This document shows, piece by piece, positions 41,228 through 53,104 of a DNA stretch of 64,000 nt. The notes below the pieces were generated by a model that was not told the DNA's origin, ran no database searches, and saw only the letters and a program-made list of their open reading frames with translations. A program made the position numbers and the translations under genes. Numbering within the stretch: the stretch's first letter is position 1; each line of letters begins with the position of its first letter. The DNA is taken from positions 1 to 64,000 of IMG/VR virus record IMGVR_UViG_3300029286_000024; one strand, given 5' to 3'. The DNA is from a virus.

Positions 41228-41482
41228 TCATGCTTTTGATTCCTCCAATAGGCGTTGACCTTCGATGAAATCCTGTTCTAACCATGCTTGAAGTTCGGCA
41301 TCCTCTTCTGCAGCCTGTTTCTTTCCCTGCTCAAAATCCTTAAGTTCACAGCATTTCTTATACTTTTTCAAAGAGCCACAGTAACAGGGGGAATTACGGC
41401 CTATCTTATGACCGACAACTTGCTCAGTTTTTGGAACCGAAGGATACGGATTGACATAAACGAATTCTGTTTCATTGTTCAT
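41228..41482 (-). CDS. SEC-C motif protein
   Basis: KIGRNSPCYCGSLKKYKKCC. Confidence 0.88.
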   Translation of the reverse strand: MNNETEFVYVNPYPSVPKTEQVVGHKIGRNSPCYCGSLKKYKKCCELKDFEQGKKQAAEEDAELQAWLEQDFIEGQRLLEESKA

Positions 41483-43199
41483 ACGAAGAGCTTATCACAA
41501 AACCTATGAAATGTCAAGGTTTTTCTAACTTGATTACAGGAGTGTTAGTTACGCTTGCTTTGATCATTTCGATTTTCAGTTGGAGTTCTATTTGCTTGGT
41601 TTTCTCTTTCTCAATTTCAACTTTGCTTAGAGTGGTAAAGCCAGCAGCACAGATAATGCTATGAAGAACCAAGTCGTTTCGTTATCAAAAATGTTCATTC
41701 GTGTCCTTTTTTACGTGCTTCTACTGCCAACTCTTCTAGTAATCTCATCCCTTCTTTTGAAGATCTCTCCCAATTCTTTTTGAGGTAATAGAGGGCGGCA
41801 GCGGTATCGGCTTTTTCTTCATCTGATTTGGTGGCAAATATAGATGATGGGAAATTACATTTTTCCAAGGTATTCCAAAGACATTGCCCCAAAATAATAT
41901 GGATAACCTTTTTTGCCCCAAACTTCTCGATAGCCAAAGCAATAACATCTTCGGCTTTCAAGGTTACTTTTGTGAAGTATTCAAGGCTTGTATTTATGGG
42001 TTTCTTACTTTTCATGGCAATACTATAGCAGATTATTGGGGAATGTCAAGCTATTTTATCAAGCATCAGCCATTCATCGGTTTTGGCATTATAAGCGAAA
42101 CGACAAGAGAACATGGCGTTAAGATGATCTATGAGAGCAGAATAAGCAGCTTCTTCCCCATGACCATCTTCCCATTTTAGAATAGAATCCCGATCAACAA
42201 GAATGACATTGGTTTGATCAACGGAAACGTATTTGATTCCCACAGAGCTTAGGTAATCTTCAACCTTTTTTCTATCTTCAAATTTCATGCGAATAGATTA
42301 CCAAAAAATTTAGGAAATGTCAAGGGAAATTAGTCGTAACTCCAAGGATCAAAAGAGGATTCCCAAACAACTTCCACGCCAGAATCACATCCCTCTCCAT
42401 CCGAAACAGCCTTGTAGAGAGCATTCTTGAGACGGCGACGATCAATCTGCCGATGCATTTGCTTGGTGGCAGCATCAGCATGGACCTTCTTGTAATTATC
42501 CACGTCACAAACAAGCACCTCCTTGTAAATGCGGGAGATACCTTCGACCTGCCAATACTCCTTGCCGAAAACCTCTTCGATTTTGGGATAGAGATTGAGG
42601 GAAACATCCTTGTAGGGATTGAGGATTTCCCCGTTGTAATGTTCAAACCAACGAGACGCCTTACGAAACGTTCGAGACATATATACTCCTTTAGACAGCT
42701 TTATTGCCGTCATTAGTATCTAGTATGTCTCATAGCATCTCCTTTTTTTTGAATTATTTAACCTACCAACTTGGGTTTTGCTTCTTTTATCAGATGAAGG
42801 TCTGCTTTTGGGTAATGGGTATCTTTGAGTTTTTTTGCTTCCTGATTTGCTAATTGAGCACTATGTAAAATGACGCCGATCCGAATAAAGTTGACGAGAA
42901 TCTTAAAACCATCTTCATCAACTACGACATCAATTTGACTCATGCGCTACCTCCGAATCCATTGTTTGAAAGCATTGTAACACATTTCATAAAAAAAGCA
43001 AGAACTATTTTCTGTTTCTTTTTACCCATGCCAACAGGTCATCAATATCACTAGCCGTTGCAAGCTCGCCTTCGTCCTGCTCATCGAAACGCAGAATGAA
43101 ACCTTTTGCGTACCTGAGAGCCTTGACGAGTTTGTTTATGATTTGCTTATTGGTTGCTTTCTTCATATTCATTCCTTAATGGTTATACGCATCATATCA

Positions 43200-43649
43200 T
43201 TACGTGGAGGAAATGTCAAGGCTTATCGCTAAAATCTTTTCGCTCAAATCGGGATCAGGACTTTGATTAGCCCATTGTATATCCTTACAAGAACAAATGG
43301 TTTTTACCTTTTCATAACCTACATGATTTTCGGGGACGACGAAGACTTCAGGAAGGTCAGAATCGAATTGAGTAACCGTTATATCAACAATGTTCCCATC
43401 AACTTCTACCCAACAATGATCTGATCGAGTACCCGTGCGTTTGCAATAAAACTTTCCTGAAACCATTTGACATTCAATGTTTTGTTTTTGGAAAGCAGTA
43501 AGAAGGGTATGAGAAGCGACAGCGCACATGCAACGCAAATCATATTGGTTGTGGAAATCGTATTCTTTGGCGGCAGGAGATTCAGCAAAAGTTTCGCATT
43601 GCTTTCTAACCTGATTGGCAATAGAACGAATAACCATTTCGTTTTTCAT
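43200..43649 (-). CDS. Transglutaminase/papain-fold-like protein
   Basis: MCAVAS…HCWVEVDGNIVDITVTQF. Confidence 0.65.
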   Translation of the reverse strand: MKNEMVIRSIANQVRKQCETFAESPAAKEYDFHNQYDLRCMCAVASHTLLTAFQKQNIECQMVSGKFYCKRTGTRSDHCWVEVDGNIVDITVTQFDSDLPEVFVVPENHVGYEKVKTICSCKDIQWANQSPDPDLSEKILAISLDISST

Positions 43650-44260
43650 GCGTATACCCTATCACATTCAGTGGGTAATGTCAAGGATTATCGCCAATGT
43701 ATTTTCCATCCTGCTATATGAAGCCACTTTCTAATAGTGGACGGATGTTTTTTTGCTGAGGCGGCGATTTCCTTAATGGATTGTCCTGAGCGATAGCAAT
43801 TTTTAGCAGATATGATAGCGCATACCCTTGCAAATCTTTCCATTCTTTTCATGCGCATACCCTATCACATTCAGTGGGTAATGTCAACAATTAAATACTC
43901 GGAAGTCCATCATGATAAAGGGATTTTCGTAGCCTAATGACATCTTCCCAAACTTCCAAGATTCATATTTCTGCTTCGGCATTTCAACAAACTCAACAGC
44001 CGAAACCAAGGTATGTCGTTTCATTACACGCTTGATTATCCAAGTAGCTTTTCGTAAACTGATTCCTTCTTTGAAAAGATAACCGCTATTGAATAAACAG
44101 CTTTTCTTTACGACAGGCAAGGTTATGAAGATTCGGAAACTTGCATCGTCACTCCAATCATCAACCGAAACATCTATATCCGCTCGCCCTGTTGATAATC
44201 GAAAAGCAGTCTCTAACTCTGCTGCTATCTTTCGAGCCTTGGTAATCTGATTTTCAGTGG

Positions 44261-44659
44261 TCATCCAAATTTTTCCTTTAGCCGTTGATACTCCGCAAGT
44301 TCCTTAGTATGAACATCTTGTGCTTCGACCTGCTGCATGATTCCAAGGATATTATTTGCTTTCAGTAGTCGTTGGATTTCCTGTTCAGCATCGCAAAAGG
44401 TAAATTCAGGAGAGCCATAGCAAGGGTAGCTCAAGGTCTGTTGAAGAAACCTAACCTTATCGGAAATGGTGGTAAAGTATTCTTCCCAAAAGCCAAGCTG
44501 ATTGTAGTGAGCGATATGGCCGAACGTATTGGAAAGCCGTTGATAAAACTTCTTGGTAAAGAGATGTTGAGGAAATCCCTTTTCGACAAAGGCCATAAAT
44601 TGTTTCACGAATTTCGCCTTGTCTTCTGCCGTACTGAATTTTGTAGCCGTGTAGTTCAT
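44261..44659 (-). CDS. Hypothetical protein
   Basis: FTKKFYQRLSNTFGHIAHYNQLGFW; start corrected. Confidence 0.65.
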   Translation of the reverse strand: MNYTATKFSTAEDKAKFVKQFMAFVEKGFPQHLFTKKFYQRLSNTFGHIAHYNQLGFWEEYFTTISDKVRFLQQTLSYPCYGSPEFTFCDAEQEIQRLLKANNILGIMQQVEAQDVHTKELAEYQRLKEKFG

Positions 44660-44900
44660 GTTTCTCCTATTGTTGAAGAAGAGATTACCACAATGAATAG
44701 GAAATGTCAAGACTAAATCATTGCGAGTTGGAGAACAGGATGCCCTTCATCAAGAGCCGTAGCAACATCTTTTGACGATATTTCCACGCTTGAAACGGGA
44801 TAGCATTCATCAATTTCAGGATTGTAAACTGTTACGTTCGCATCCTTCCATTCAGGAGACATGGCATTAATCGCTTCTGCTAATTGACGATAGGTTAGAT

Positions 44901-45263
44901 TCATGTTATCCTTTTGGCTTTTTGCAGAGCTTTATCATAACCATCGAGCCAAGCAATACGCAGAAACTTTACTTCCTGCTCTGAAAATGAAATACCATGC
45001 ATTCGAGCAAGAGCATCTAAAAAGAAAGTAATTTCTGTTTCTACTTCCTGTTGAAATTTTGTGTTGATTCTAACTACTTCGCTGATTTCGGGATTGAGGG
45101 CAAAAGGAATATTGGCGCAACGATGATCTTTGGGACATACCAATTTTCCAAAAGGTTCGCCGTCTAATTCAACGACAATGATGCTATAACCAAAATCGCA
45201 TCGTAGAACATCGCCATAGAATATTTCTTTACCGTTCTTGTCTTTCTGTCCTGTAGTTTTCAT
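44901..45263 (-). CDS. YopX-like protein
   Basis: TGQKDKNGKEIFYGDVL. Confidence 0.7.
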   Translation of the reverse strand: MKTTGQKDKNGKEIFYGDVLRCDFGYSIIVVELDGEPFGKLVCPKDHRCANIPFALNPEISEVVRINTKFQQEVETEITFFLDALARMHGISFSEQEVKFLRIAWLDGYDKALQKAKRIT

Positions 45264-45294
45264 GCGCATACCTTACCACAATGAATAAGAAATG

Positions 45295-46038
45295 TCAAGG
45301 ATTTTCAAAAGAAAGTATTTCAACTTTAGGAGAAGCATCTACCCATTCACTCGCAAATGCAGAAGTATCAACAGAAGAACAGCTTAGAGTACAAGTGGGA
45401 TACCCTTCAAGAAACGAAGAAAATGTTTTTGATTTACGTTCAAGATAACATTGCCTGCCGCTGTATTCAAACGGACAACTACCTTGGGGAAGAATAAAGG
45501 TTCCTGCATTGGCTACTTCTATTGCCACGCCTAATGTCATCAGGTCTGCCACGCCGTTATATTTAAGCCATTCTCCTTTGGTCTGCCCGATTTGTCCGAA
45601 AGGTGGATTAGAAACCGCAAAATCAAATTGGCCTAACTTATCCCATAATTTCTTATCAAAAATGTCTCCTTGAACCCATGTTGCTTCGGGGACTAATTTC
45701 CTACCAACTTCAAGAAATCTTTGGTTACGTTCGACACAAACCACTTTCAGTTTGAGACTTTCGCATCCTTGAATCGTTGCTGTATCTATGGCGGCTCTTG
45801 AAAGTCCTCCAATACCCGCAGCAATATCTACCAACGTTCCTGATTCGGGAGTATACATAGCCACAGCATAAGTCATATTGATCGGGGTAAAAAAGGCGGC
45901 AATCTTCCCTACCAATTCATCATAAGACGGTTGATAGTTCTCAAAGACAAATTCCCTTTCGGTCATTTTAAGGGTATGCTTTTTGAGAAGGTCAATGGCT
46001 TGTTCGTGCAGCTTGATTTTCTGTTTCGATAATTTCAT
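45295..46038 (-). CDS. SAM-dependent amino-methyltransferase (probable DNA adenine MTase)
   Basis: AFFTP, VDIAAGIGGL (motif I), AVSNPPFG (motif IV), FILPQ. Confidence 0.85.
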   Translation of the reverse strand: MKLSKQKIKLHEQAIDLLKKHTLKMTEREFVFENYQPSYDELVGKIAAFFTPINMTYAVAMYTPESGTLVDIAAGIGGLSRAAIDTATIQGCESLKLKVVCVERNQRFLEVGRKLVPEATWVQGDIFDKKLWDKLGQFDFAVSNPPFGQIGQTKGEWLKYNGVADLMTLGVAIEVANAGTFILPQGSCPFEYSGRQCYLERKSKTFSSFLEGYPTCTLSCSSVDTSAFASEWVDASPKVEILSFENP

Positions 46039-46061
46039 GTGTTGACATTACCATAATTCAT

Positions 46062-46523
46062 TCAGGAAGTCAAGATTAGAATTGCTTTATCTGCATCGGC
46101 TTCATTCATACCTTTTTCAGAATCAGTTTGAACATGACGATGCCCATGAGGATCAATGTCTGAGTCGTCATCAAGAATTACAAAAGATTCCACGTCAGAA
46201 TGTTTATTAAGCCATAAGGTAATTTCATGTCCACGATGTTCGCTTAAACAAAAAGGGGTTTTATCAATAAGAGCATCGGCAGGCAAACCACATTCCGTAA
46301 ATAGCTCTTTCATTACGAGCATAGCATCTTTTTGGGAGACGATTTTCCCTCCGTCTTTCCTCCAATCAATAAAGCCATGTCGCCAACAACTTGATAGGAC
46401 AATTTTAGCTCCTGTAACATCAAGCAACCTTTTCAGGGCTTTGACGCAATCAGGATCAAAGGTTTTCCATTTTGTTCCTAGAGTGGTGAGTACTCCGTCA
46501 ATATCAAGTGCTATAACTTTCAT
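46062..46523 (-). CDS. HAD-superfamily (HAD_SAK_2-type) phosphatase
   Basis: LDIDGVL…IVLSSCWR…RGHEI…FVILDDDSD. Confidence 0.85.
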   Translation of the reverse strand: MKVIALDIDGVLTTLGTKWKTFDPDCVKALKRLLDVTGAKIVLSSCWRHGFIDWRKDGGKIVSQKDAMLVMKELFTECGLPADALIDKTPFCLSEHRGHEITLWLNKHSDVESFVILDDDSDIDPHGHRHVQTDSEKGMNEADADKAILILTS

Positions 46524-46568
46524 GCGTATACCCTATCACATTCAGTGGGTAATGTCAAGAAAAACTAA

Positions 46569-46599
46569 GGGCGGCTAGGGGAACAACGCCTAGCCGCCC
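46569..46599. terminator. GC-rich hairpin
   Basis: gggcggctagg…cctagccgccc. Confidence 0.65.
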
Positions 46600-46621
46600 A
46601 CGCAACGGAGGAACGAGCGAA

Positions 46622-47242
46622 TCATTTGGCTACAGAAGCAGGCGTTTGAGCCTCCTTGCTAATCATATCCGTAACTTTCCCAATCATTTTGATAATGTCG
46701 GAAAGGTCGCCGCTTTGACGGATATTGCCAAGATTAATGGGAGTTGTCATGCCATCCCCAAAACCCATAATAGGCCCATCAGCAAGAAACTTGGAGTTAG
46801 GCGGCAGAAGATCACGAAGAGCCTTACGTAGAGCCTCTTCCTTATCGTTCACTTTATGGTCTTCGACAAAATCAAGCTCAGGGTCATAGCCTTCAACTAT
46901 AGAACCCTTGAAGAACTTGGAACAACGCTTTTGGAAGATTTGATAATCTCTTGCAATGCCGTACTTATTTTCGGCCTTTTCGCTGATAGGAGAGCCGCTT
47001 TGACGAACAGCCTTTACCGTAGCAAAAGCAACTCCTGCATCGGCATTGAAACTATCGCCTGCATGGAACTTAACTACGCTCCATCCTGTTTTAACAACCA
47101 AATTACCAATATTGATACCGACGAAGGTTCCGATTCGCCCCACTTGCTTCTTTTCCCTGACAATGAGCTTACCCTTTGCATCCCTTGTCTTGGTAATGAC
47201 TACGTGCGGCCTGACTACGTGTTGAACTAGCATCTTTTCCAT
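46622..47242 (-). CDS. Hypothetical protein
   Basis: 206 aa with SD GGAGG and its own promoter. Confidence 0.7.
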   Translation of the reverse strand: MEKMLVQHVVRPHVVITKTRDAKGKLIVREKKQVGRIGTFVGINIGNLVVKTGWSVVKFHAGDSFNADAGVAFATVKAVRQSGSPISEKAENKYGIARDYQIFQKRCSKFFKGSIVEGYDPELDFVEDHKVNDKEEALRKALRDLLPPNSKFLADGPIMGFGDGMTTPINLGNIRQSGDLSDIIKMIGKVTDMISKEAQTPASVAK

Positions 47243-47312
47243 ATGTCCTCCGATGTTTTTCCTACATTGTTGCGATCATCATAACAGATTTTATTAGAAA
47301 GTCAAGAACTAT

Positions 47313-48269
47313 TTAGCGATTAATACTTATTCTATATCCTTCGGGTGGTCTTCGGGTTCCCCATATTTTCTTAGAAGCCCAACGGATATGCGCTTTGAAC
47401 CATTCATCTATGAGTGGTTTATTCTTAGGATTTCCCAGTCTTTCCACATCAATGATTAAATGTCGAAGTACATTAACGCTAGGATTTGGTATTACTTTTG
47501 GAGAAGCAAACAGAACTCGAATACAGGGGCATGTTGCTTGGGAACCCTTAAGTTTCCCCAACACTTTTTCAACAGCATAAACCCAAAGACAATTTTCACA
47601 AAGATACTCATATTCATGGAAGCAATGAGGGCAATGTGTAGCTGAACCGCATGTAAGAGTTAATGCCCCCTTATTTCTTTGGATAATTTGTCGGGCATGT
47701 TGTTTGGTAGAAATCGAAGCGAGAAGTGTAAGAATCTTCTGCGATTGTTTCCAAGTAACTTTCAATGTTTTCATTTTGCTCCTATGTTTGAAGAAGAGCC
47801 TAACATAATCACCAAAGAAAGTCAAGAACTATTTATTGACTTCTCTTCGATATTTTTTGGGAGCCTTTTTTGTTCCCCAATTTTTTGTATCTGAGGCCCA
47901 ACGGATATGCGCCCTAAGCCACAATCTTGTTACTGTACGTGAGTTGTTGCAATTTAAATGGCTAGCTGCAAGTTTAACACCTGATGGGATACCGTCAAAT
48001 GCTTCCAAGAAATCTACATTGCAACAGGGGGCACCTTCAAAAGCTCCTAAAGAAATTTTAGAAACCTTATTGAAGGCATACGTCCAAAGGCAATTTTTAC
48101 AATGGAATCTAGCCCTACTTGTAAAAAGGCAATGTGGACAAGGGGTTTGAGAATAGCCACTTTCCAGAGCTTCCGAATTACGCTTAATGATTTGTTCAGC
48201 ATGTTCCTTGGTAGATACAGAAGCAAGGATTTTAAGAACTTCCTGAGATTGCTTAAATGTAAGTGCCAT
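47313..48269 (-). CDS. Two tandem paralogous Cys-rich proteins (47313-47774 and 47829-48269)
   Basis: Both carry KQSQ..L..LAS.STK.HA.QII.RN…CPHC…C.NCLW.YA…W..AHIRWAS…WGT. Confidence 0.75.
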
Positions 48270-51139
48270 TTTTTCTCCTAGTTATCTGCCACCCACCATC
48301 CTAATTCCATAAGAGCTTTACGGGTTGCTTCCTCAGAATTAGCGGCCTTGACTGTAAAGGTATCATTGCCATCATAATCGTTGATAACCGTAAAGTCAAT
48401 CTCTTTGACCTTCTTTGTCTTGCTCTTTTTTCTTTTCATTAGTTCTCCAAGTCAACATACATCTGCCCCAAGTCTCGAAGCATAGCAATAAACTTTTCTT
48501 TCTCCTTAATTGTCGGCACTCCATCTTCGGGTTCAATACATTCTTCGCAATGGTCAGCAAATCGTGCGGCTGTTATCATGGTACGGTTATTATCGCCCCA
48601 AGAAAAGGGAGCATCCGTAGAAATCACATCGTAAAACCATCCTCTCCATTTCTTCGGGACAATCTTGGTTACACAAACAAACTCCGTTGACATAACAGGA
48701 ATCTTACCAACCTTGCGAACAACTTTCGTATTTAGTTTCTTCATGTTCTCCTTATTGTTTTATTATTTGAAGAGAGCTTACCACAATCCCAAGAAAATGT
48801 CAAGCCTTATTGATAGAGTTTGATATATTCTGTAATCTTAGCGACAAGGTTCGTTATGGATTCAGGAGTTGGCCCATCCAAATACCAATCCTTCCCGCAA
48901 TGCTCAATAATGCCAACTTCCCCTTGATTTCTGTCTGTATGATCGTTAGGAAGTTTTAACCAATCCTTGAACGAGAAAGTCTGTCGAGTAATCGTTCCAT
49001 TGGTCTTATGAATGATGGTAACAAGAAAAGCGGCATAGGTTCCCGAAACTCCCTGCTCAATCAGCTTAATTTCTGCATTGACGGTTGTACCAATAGGAAT
49101 GACGATCCTACGGTTGAAATAATGAATAGAAATGAAAGCCCTATGAAGGAAAGTTTCGCCAAAGAAACGTTTCATAAAACCCTCAAAGGTCGTTGTTCCA
49201 AAATTATTTTTCCAATCCATGTTTCTCCTTATGCTTCAAATGTCTTTTGCACCACTTACAAGTAACTTTCTTGGGGTCTCTCGTATGAATGGGACTGCCG
49301 CCATGCCCCCTCATCCAATATTGAAAGGGACATTTTCTATTGCCATGAATTACTTTCGTTTTCATTTTCGGAGAGCTTATCATAATCCCAAAGAAATGTC
49401 AAGACTCATTATCTTCAAAAAACTTTTTAATCTGTTGTCTCATCTCGTCATTATCTTCGCAGAGTTCCATGAGGTCTTCTTGCATGAGATCGAAACAATC
49501 AACCTTGGCGATTTCTTTTGCCAATTCAGAATCAGAATTGGTGGTAGAAAAACGCTTACGGTATTCTTGAAATATCCTAACGATAACTTTTTCTTTGGTT
49601 GTCATTCAAACCTCAGTAGATGCAAGTATGGCTTCCTCACCAAGAACAGGATACTCAATAACATCATCAAGGTCAAACCATTCATTTGCTTGGGTTGTTA
49701 TATCAGCATAGGCTAGACCACTTGCTTGATCCTTATTGGCTTGCGCAAGGGCTTCTGCTTTGGTCTCTGCCTGATATTGTTCAGTAGCGACTTGAGTAAC
49801 AACCCTCCTGCGAATGATGATAAAGTTATTCATATTTCCCAAAGTTTTTCGAGTTCAGCCGTTATCTTTGCCTTACATTCTGCCATCGTTTGCGCTTTAA
49901 TCTTCGGCATTTCTGCATCCCTAATCTGTTGGCGAATAATCTCAATCGTTTCAGGGAGAATTGCTTTCCCGCTAAGTTGTTCTAGGGCTATGGTATTACG
50001 AACCTTTTTTGCTTCAGCGGCAGTCCAAAGGAATATATCCTTCATCCTTGCTTCGCTTTCTTTATGATATTGAGCATGAGTTTTATAGGCATAGATAGCG
50101 AACCATACGGCATCCTTAACACTCAAATCGCCGCCCATTGTCTTAGGACGATTTGGCCCCCTACCCTTCTTACCAAGTCTCTCAAAACAACTACGATTGA
50201 GATACTTAGAGGCTTGCTGAACAAATGCAACGCCTTCGGGAGTATTCGGGACATTGAAAATCTGAGTTCCTTCTGACTTGATTTGCTTCGGGCTTGTAAT
50301 CTTTTCCATAATCTCCTTAATTGTTTATGCGAAGAGCTTAACAGAAAGGTGGATGAATGTCAAGCTATTTCTTAGCCAATTTTTTCATAGCCTGAGCGAT
50401 TGCGATAAGTTGGTCGGCATCGTAATCGTTACGGTCTGTATAGTCGGGAACAAACCAAACGCTATCTATTCCCTTTACAACTGTCCCCGCCATAAGACCA
50501 TTTTCGCTACAAATGTCATATTCGTTACCTTTAGCAATTCGGATAACAAGAGTAATTTTCATTTTCTCCTTTAGCCTTCCATAGAGACCAAATCTATAAC
50601 TTCCCGTATCATCTCGGTAGGAATGATATGTTGAGCATTCTTGGAGCAGTTGACTTCATCGCCGCCATTGGATTTAGAACCGATACAAGTCACTCTTCCA
50701 TTTCTGCTGATACGATGGGACTCAAATCCATCTTCAATTCGCTTATGAACCAACGTAGCATGACAAACAGGACATTCAAATTTAAATTTCATATTTCTCC
50801 TTATTGTTAGAAAAGAGCTTACCACAACTCCCAATAAATGTCAAGACTAAATGAAAGGTAATATTGCTTTCTTGGTAATCGGTAGAAGTTCTGCAGCCAA
50901 TTTACAAGAGGCCTCATTACGAAGATCATAATAACCATCGGCCTGCTTTTGCGCAAAAATCTGAATGGAAGGAACAATAATTCGCCGCATGAAGTTCTGT
51001 TGAAGGGTTCGATGTTGCTTGGCTAAAACTTCTTTGAGAGCTTCGTTTATTTCAAAATCCCCACCCATTTTATTAAGGGCATCGAAAAGGGAGTTAAGCG
51101 CATCCCTAGCTTGTATTCTTAGCTCGTTCATGTTCTCCT

Positions 51140-51433
51140 TTATATGCAGAGAATACAAATCGGACTTTCTGTATAACCATGCTTAACGGTTCGGCCCGAT
51201 TTCTCTACGATCCCCGCTTTGAGCAAACAATCAAGCATCCCCGCATTTTCTGAATAGTCTTTGATTATGACTTCATCAGGCGCAAGAGCAACTTCGGGAA
51301 CATTGATTGTCGCTATTGCAATCGTTTCTCCGTCTGTTGCATCGGATAACTCAAGGGCAACTCTGTCGTTATTGGTATATTTGCGCTTGAGAACTTTACA
51401 ATCCCATTGCATGAATTTGACAATCTTATCCAT
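51140..51433 (-). CDS. DUF4313-like protein
   Basis: Y.NN.R.AL.L…GE.IA.ATIN…IKDYSENAGML..L…GIV…G. Confidence 0.6.
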   Translation of the reverse strand: MDKIVKFMQWDCKVLKRKYTNNDRVALELSDATDGETIAIATINVPEVALAPDEVIIKDYSENAGMLDCLLKAGIVEKSGRTVKHGYTESPICILCI

Positions 51434-52023
51434 ATTTCTCCTATTGTTTGAATAAGAGCTTACCACAAAACTTTGGAAATGTCAAGAATATTCTCTTGGA
51501 TTTTCAGGACATGAATTGCAAGCAGCGGTTCCTAGTATCGGGCAGGTCGGGCAATCATCAGGAGTTGCGCCTTGGGGAATTTTCTCTGCGCATTCGGGAC
51601 AATACATTTTTTCCTTCTTGCCTTTCTTAACGGAATCCTCAACATCAAAAGTCTTCTTACATTCTGAGCAACCAAACGTATCGTCCTTTTCCCGTTTGCT
51701 TTCCAAGGCTCCGCTAAGGTCTATGATATGCGTCGGGTCTTGTTCGTTAATATCTGTCCAAATGATAACCCGTAACTTTCCATTGACCTGCTCAATCAGG
51801 ATAGGGCAACCATTACCGTCACTTGAATAGTAATCCCCATATCCTTTAGCTTTGATAAGGATGCTACGGTCTCCATTGATTTCAACTTGAACAGGGATAG
51901 GAGGAATTTTCCCATTCTTATCATCCAACTGTTCCCGAAGTAAGGCACTCAATTTATGCATTTTCTTCTCCATTGTTTATGCGAAGAGTTTACCACAACT
52001 TTACGATAATGTCAAGAAGAAAG

Positions 52024-52096
52024 TACCCCCAATCGGACTCGAACCGATGACCCATACATTAAAAGTGTATTGCTCTGCCAACTGAGCTATGGGGGC
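52024..52096 (-). tRNA. tRNA-Lys(UUU)
   Basis: GCCCCCA TAGCTCAGTTGGCAGAGC A ATACA CTTTTAA TGTAT GGGTC ATCGG TTCGAGT CCGAT TGGGGGT A; canonical cloverleaf, CCA not encoded. Confidence 0.93.
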
Positions 52097-52100
52097 ATTC

Positions 52101-53030
52101 TTAATTCAATACCATAATCATTTTCTTCCAATCCGTTTTCTTCAAATCGGCTACCCTGCGAATTCGACAAGCCTTAATGAATGTCCGAATGTTGAACTGT
52201 CCAAAAGTTTCGCAACGTTCCCCAAGATACGTCAAGACTTCTTTCTTTTCCCCGACCTTCATCTTAGGTTCAATCTCTTCGATAAGATTCCAAAGATGCT
52301 CGCAGATTTCCTTACGAGATAATTGCAAATCAATTACCATCGTTCTGCTTTGCACCGCTTCATCAATCCGATCAGAATTTATGTTGGAAATGAAAATGAT
52401 CTGTCCCGTAAATTCAAATTCGGGTTCAACGTCTTCGGGCATTTTCGTAGAGAGCCAACAGACTTTGCGAACATCGTAAGAATCAAGAGCCGACTTCAAA
52501 ATGTTGATAGAAGTTTGCTCACCAAATACGCTATCGCAATCATCAAAGACTGTCGTTTGATCCCTATGGTCATGCAAGAACTTATACAGACCCATGGGAG
52601 AACTATGCCCCTGAACGAAATTGTAATCCATCCCCTCCTTCTTGCCGTTAATCTCAAAACGTTCTTTGACTAAAAACGTTTTCCCTATTCCCGCAATCCC
52701 TGTAATCAGAAGGGAAGGAGAAATACCCGCTTGAACCATATCCACCAAATGCCTGACATATTCAAAACGTTCCAAGGGAGAAAGGGAAGACATATTGGTT
52801 CCCGAACTAAGTTGAATTTTCCCCTGAGTTGATAGGGTAGCATAGAAGATTCTCCCGCCGTCCTTATGATCTATGCGGAGTTGTCCTTCCCCCACCATTT
52901 CTCGAATCATAAGATAGGCAGCAGAGGGACTAACCTGTGCAACCAATGAAATGTTTTCAGGCGTAAAGGGTTGATTCTGAACGAGAATATCCTTACGCAA
53001 CTTGTCCTTATTGATCCGTTGTCCACCCAT
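52101..53030 (-). CDS. AAA+ ATPase with N-terminal HTH-like domain
   Basis: ITGIAGIGKT (Walker A), VFDDCD (Walker B), FISN, AVQSR (Arg finger). Confidence 0.85.
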   Translation of the reverse strand: MGGQRINKDKLRKDILVQNQPFTPENISLVAQVSPSAAYLMIREMVGEGQLRIDHKDGGRIFYATLSTQGKIQLSSGTNMSSLSPLERFEYVRHLVDMVQAGISPSLLITGIAGIGKTFLVKERFEINGKKEGMDYNFVQGHSSPMGLYKFLHDHRDQTTVFDDCDSVFGEQTSINILKSALDSYDVRKVCWLSTKMPEDVEPEFEFTGQIIFISNINSDRIDEAVQSRTMVIDLQLSRKEICEHLWNLIEEIEPKMKVGEKKEVLTYLGERCETFGQFNIRTFIKACRIRRVADLKKTDWKKMIMVLN

Positions 53031-53104
53031 TGTTCCTCCATTGTTTAATTGTTAAAGAATAGCATAGCAGAAAGAATCGGGAAAAGCAAGAACAATCACA
53101 AAAA

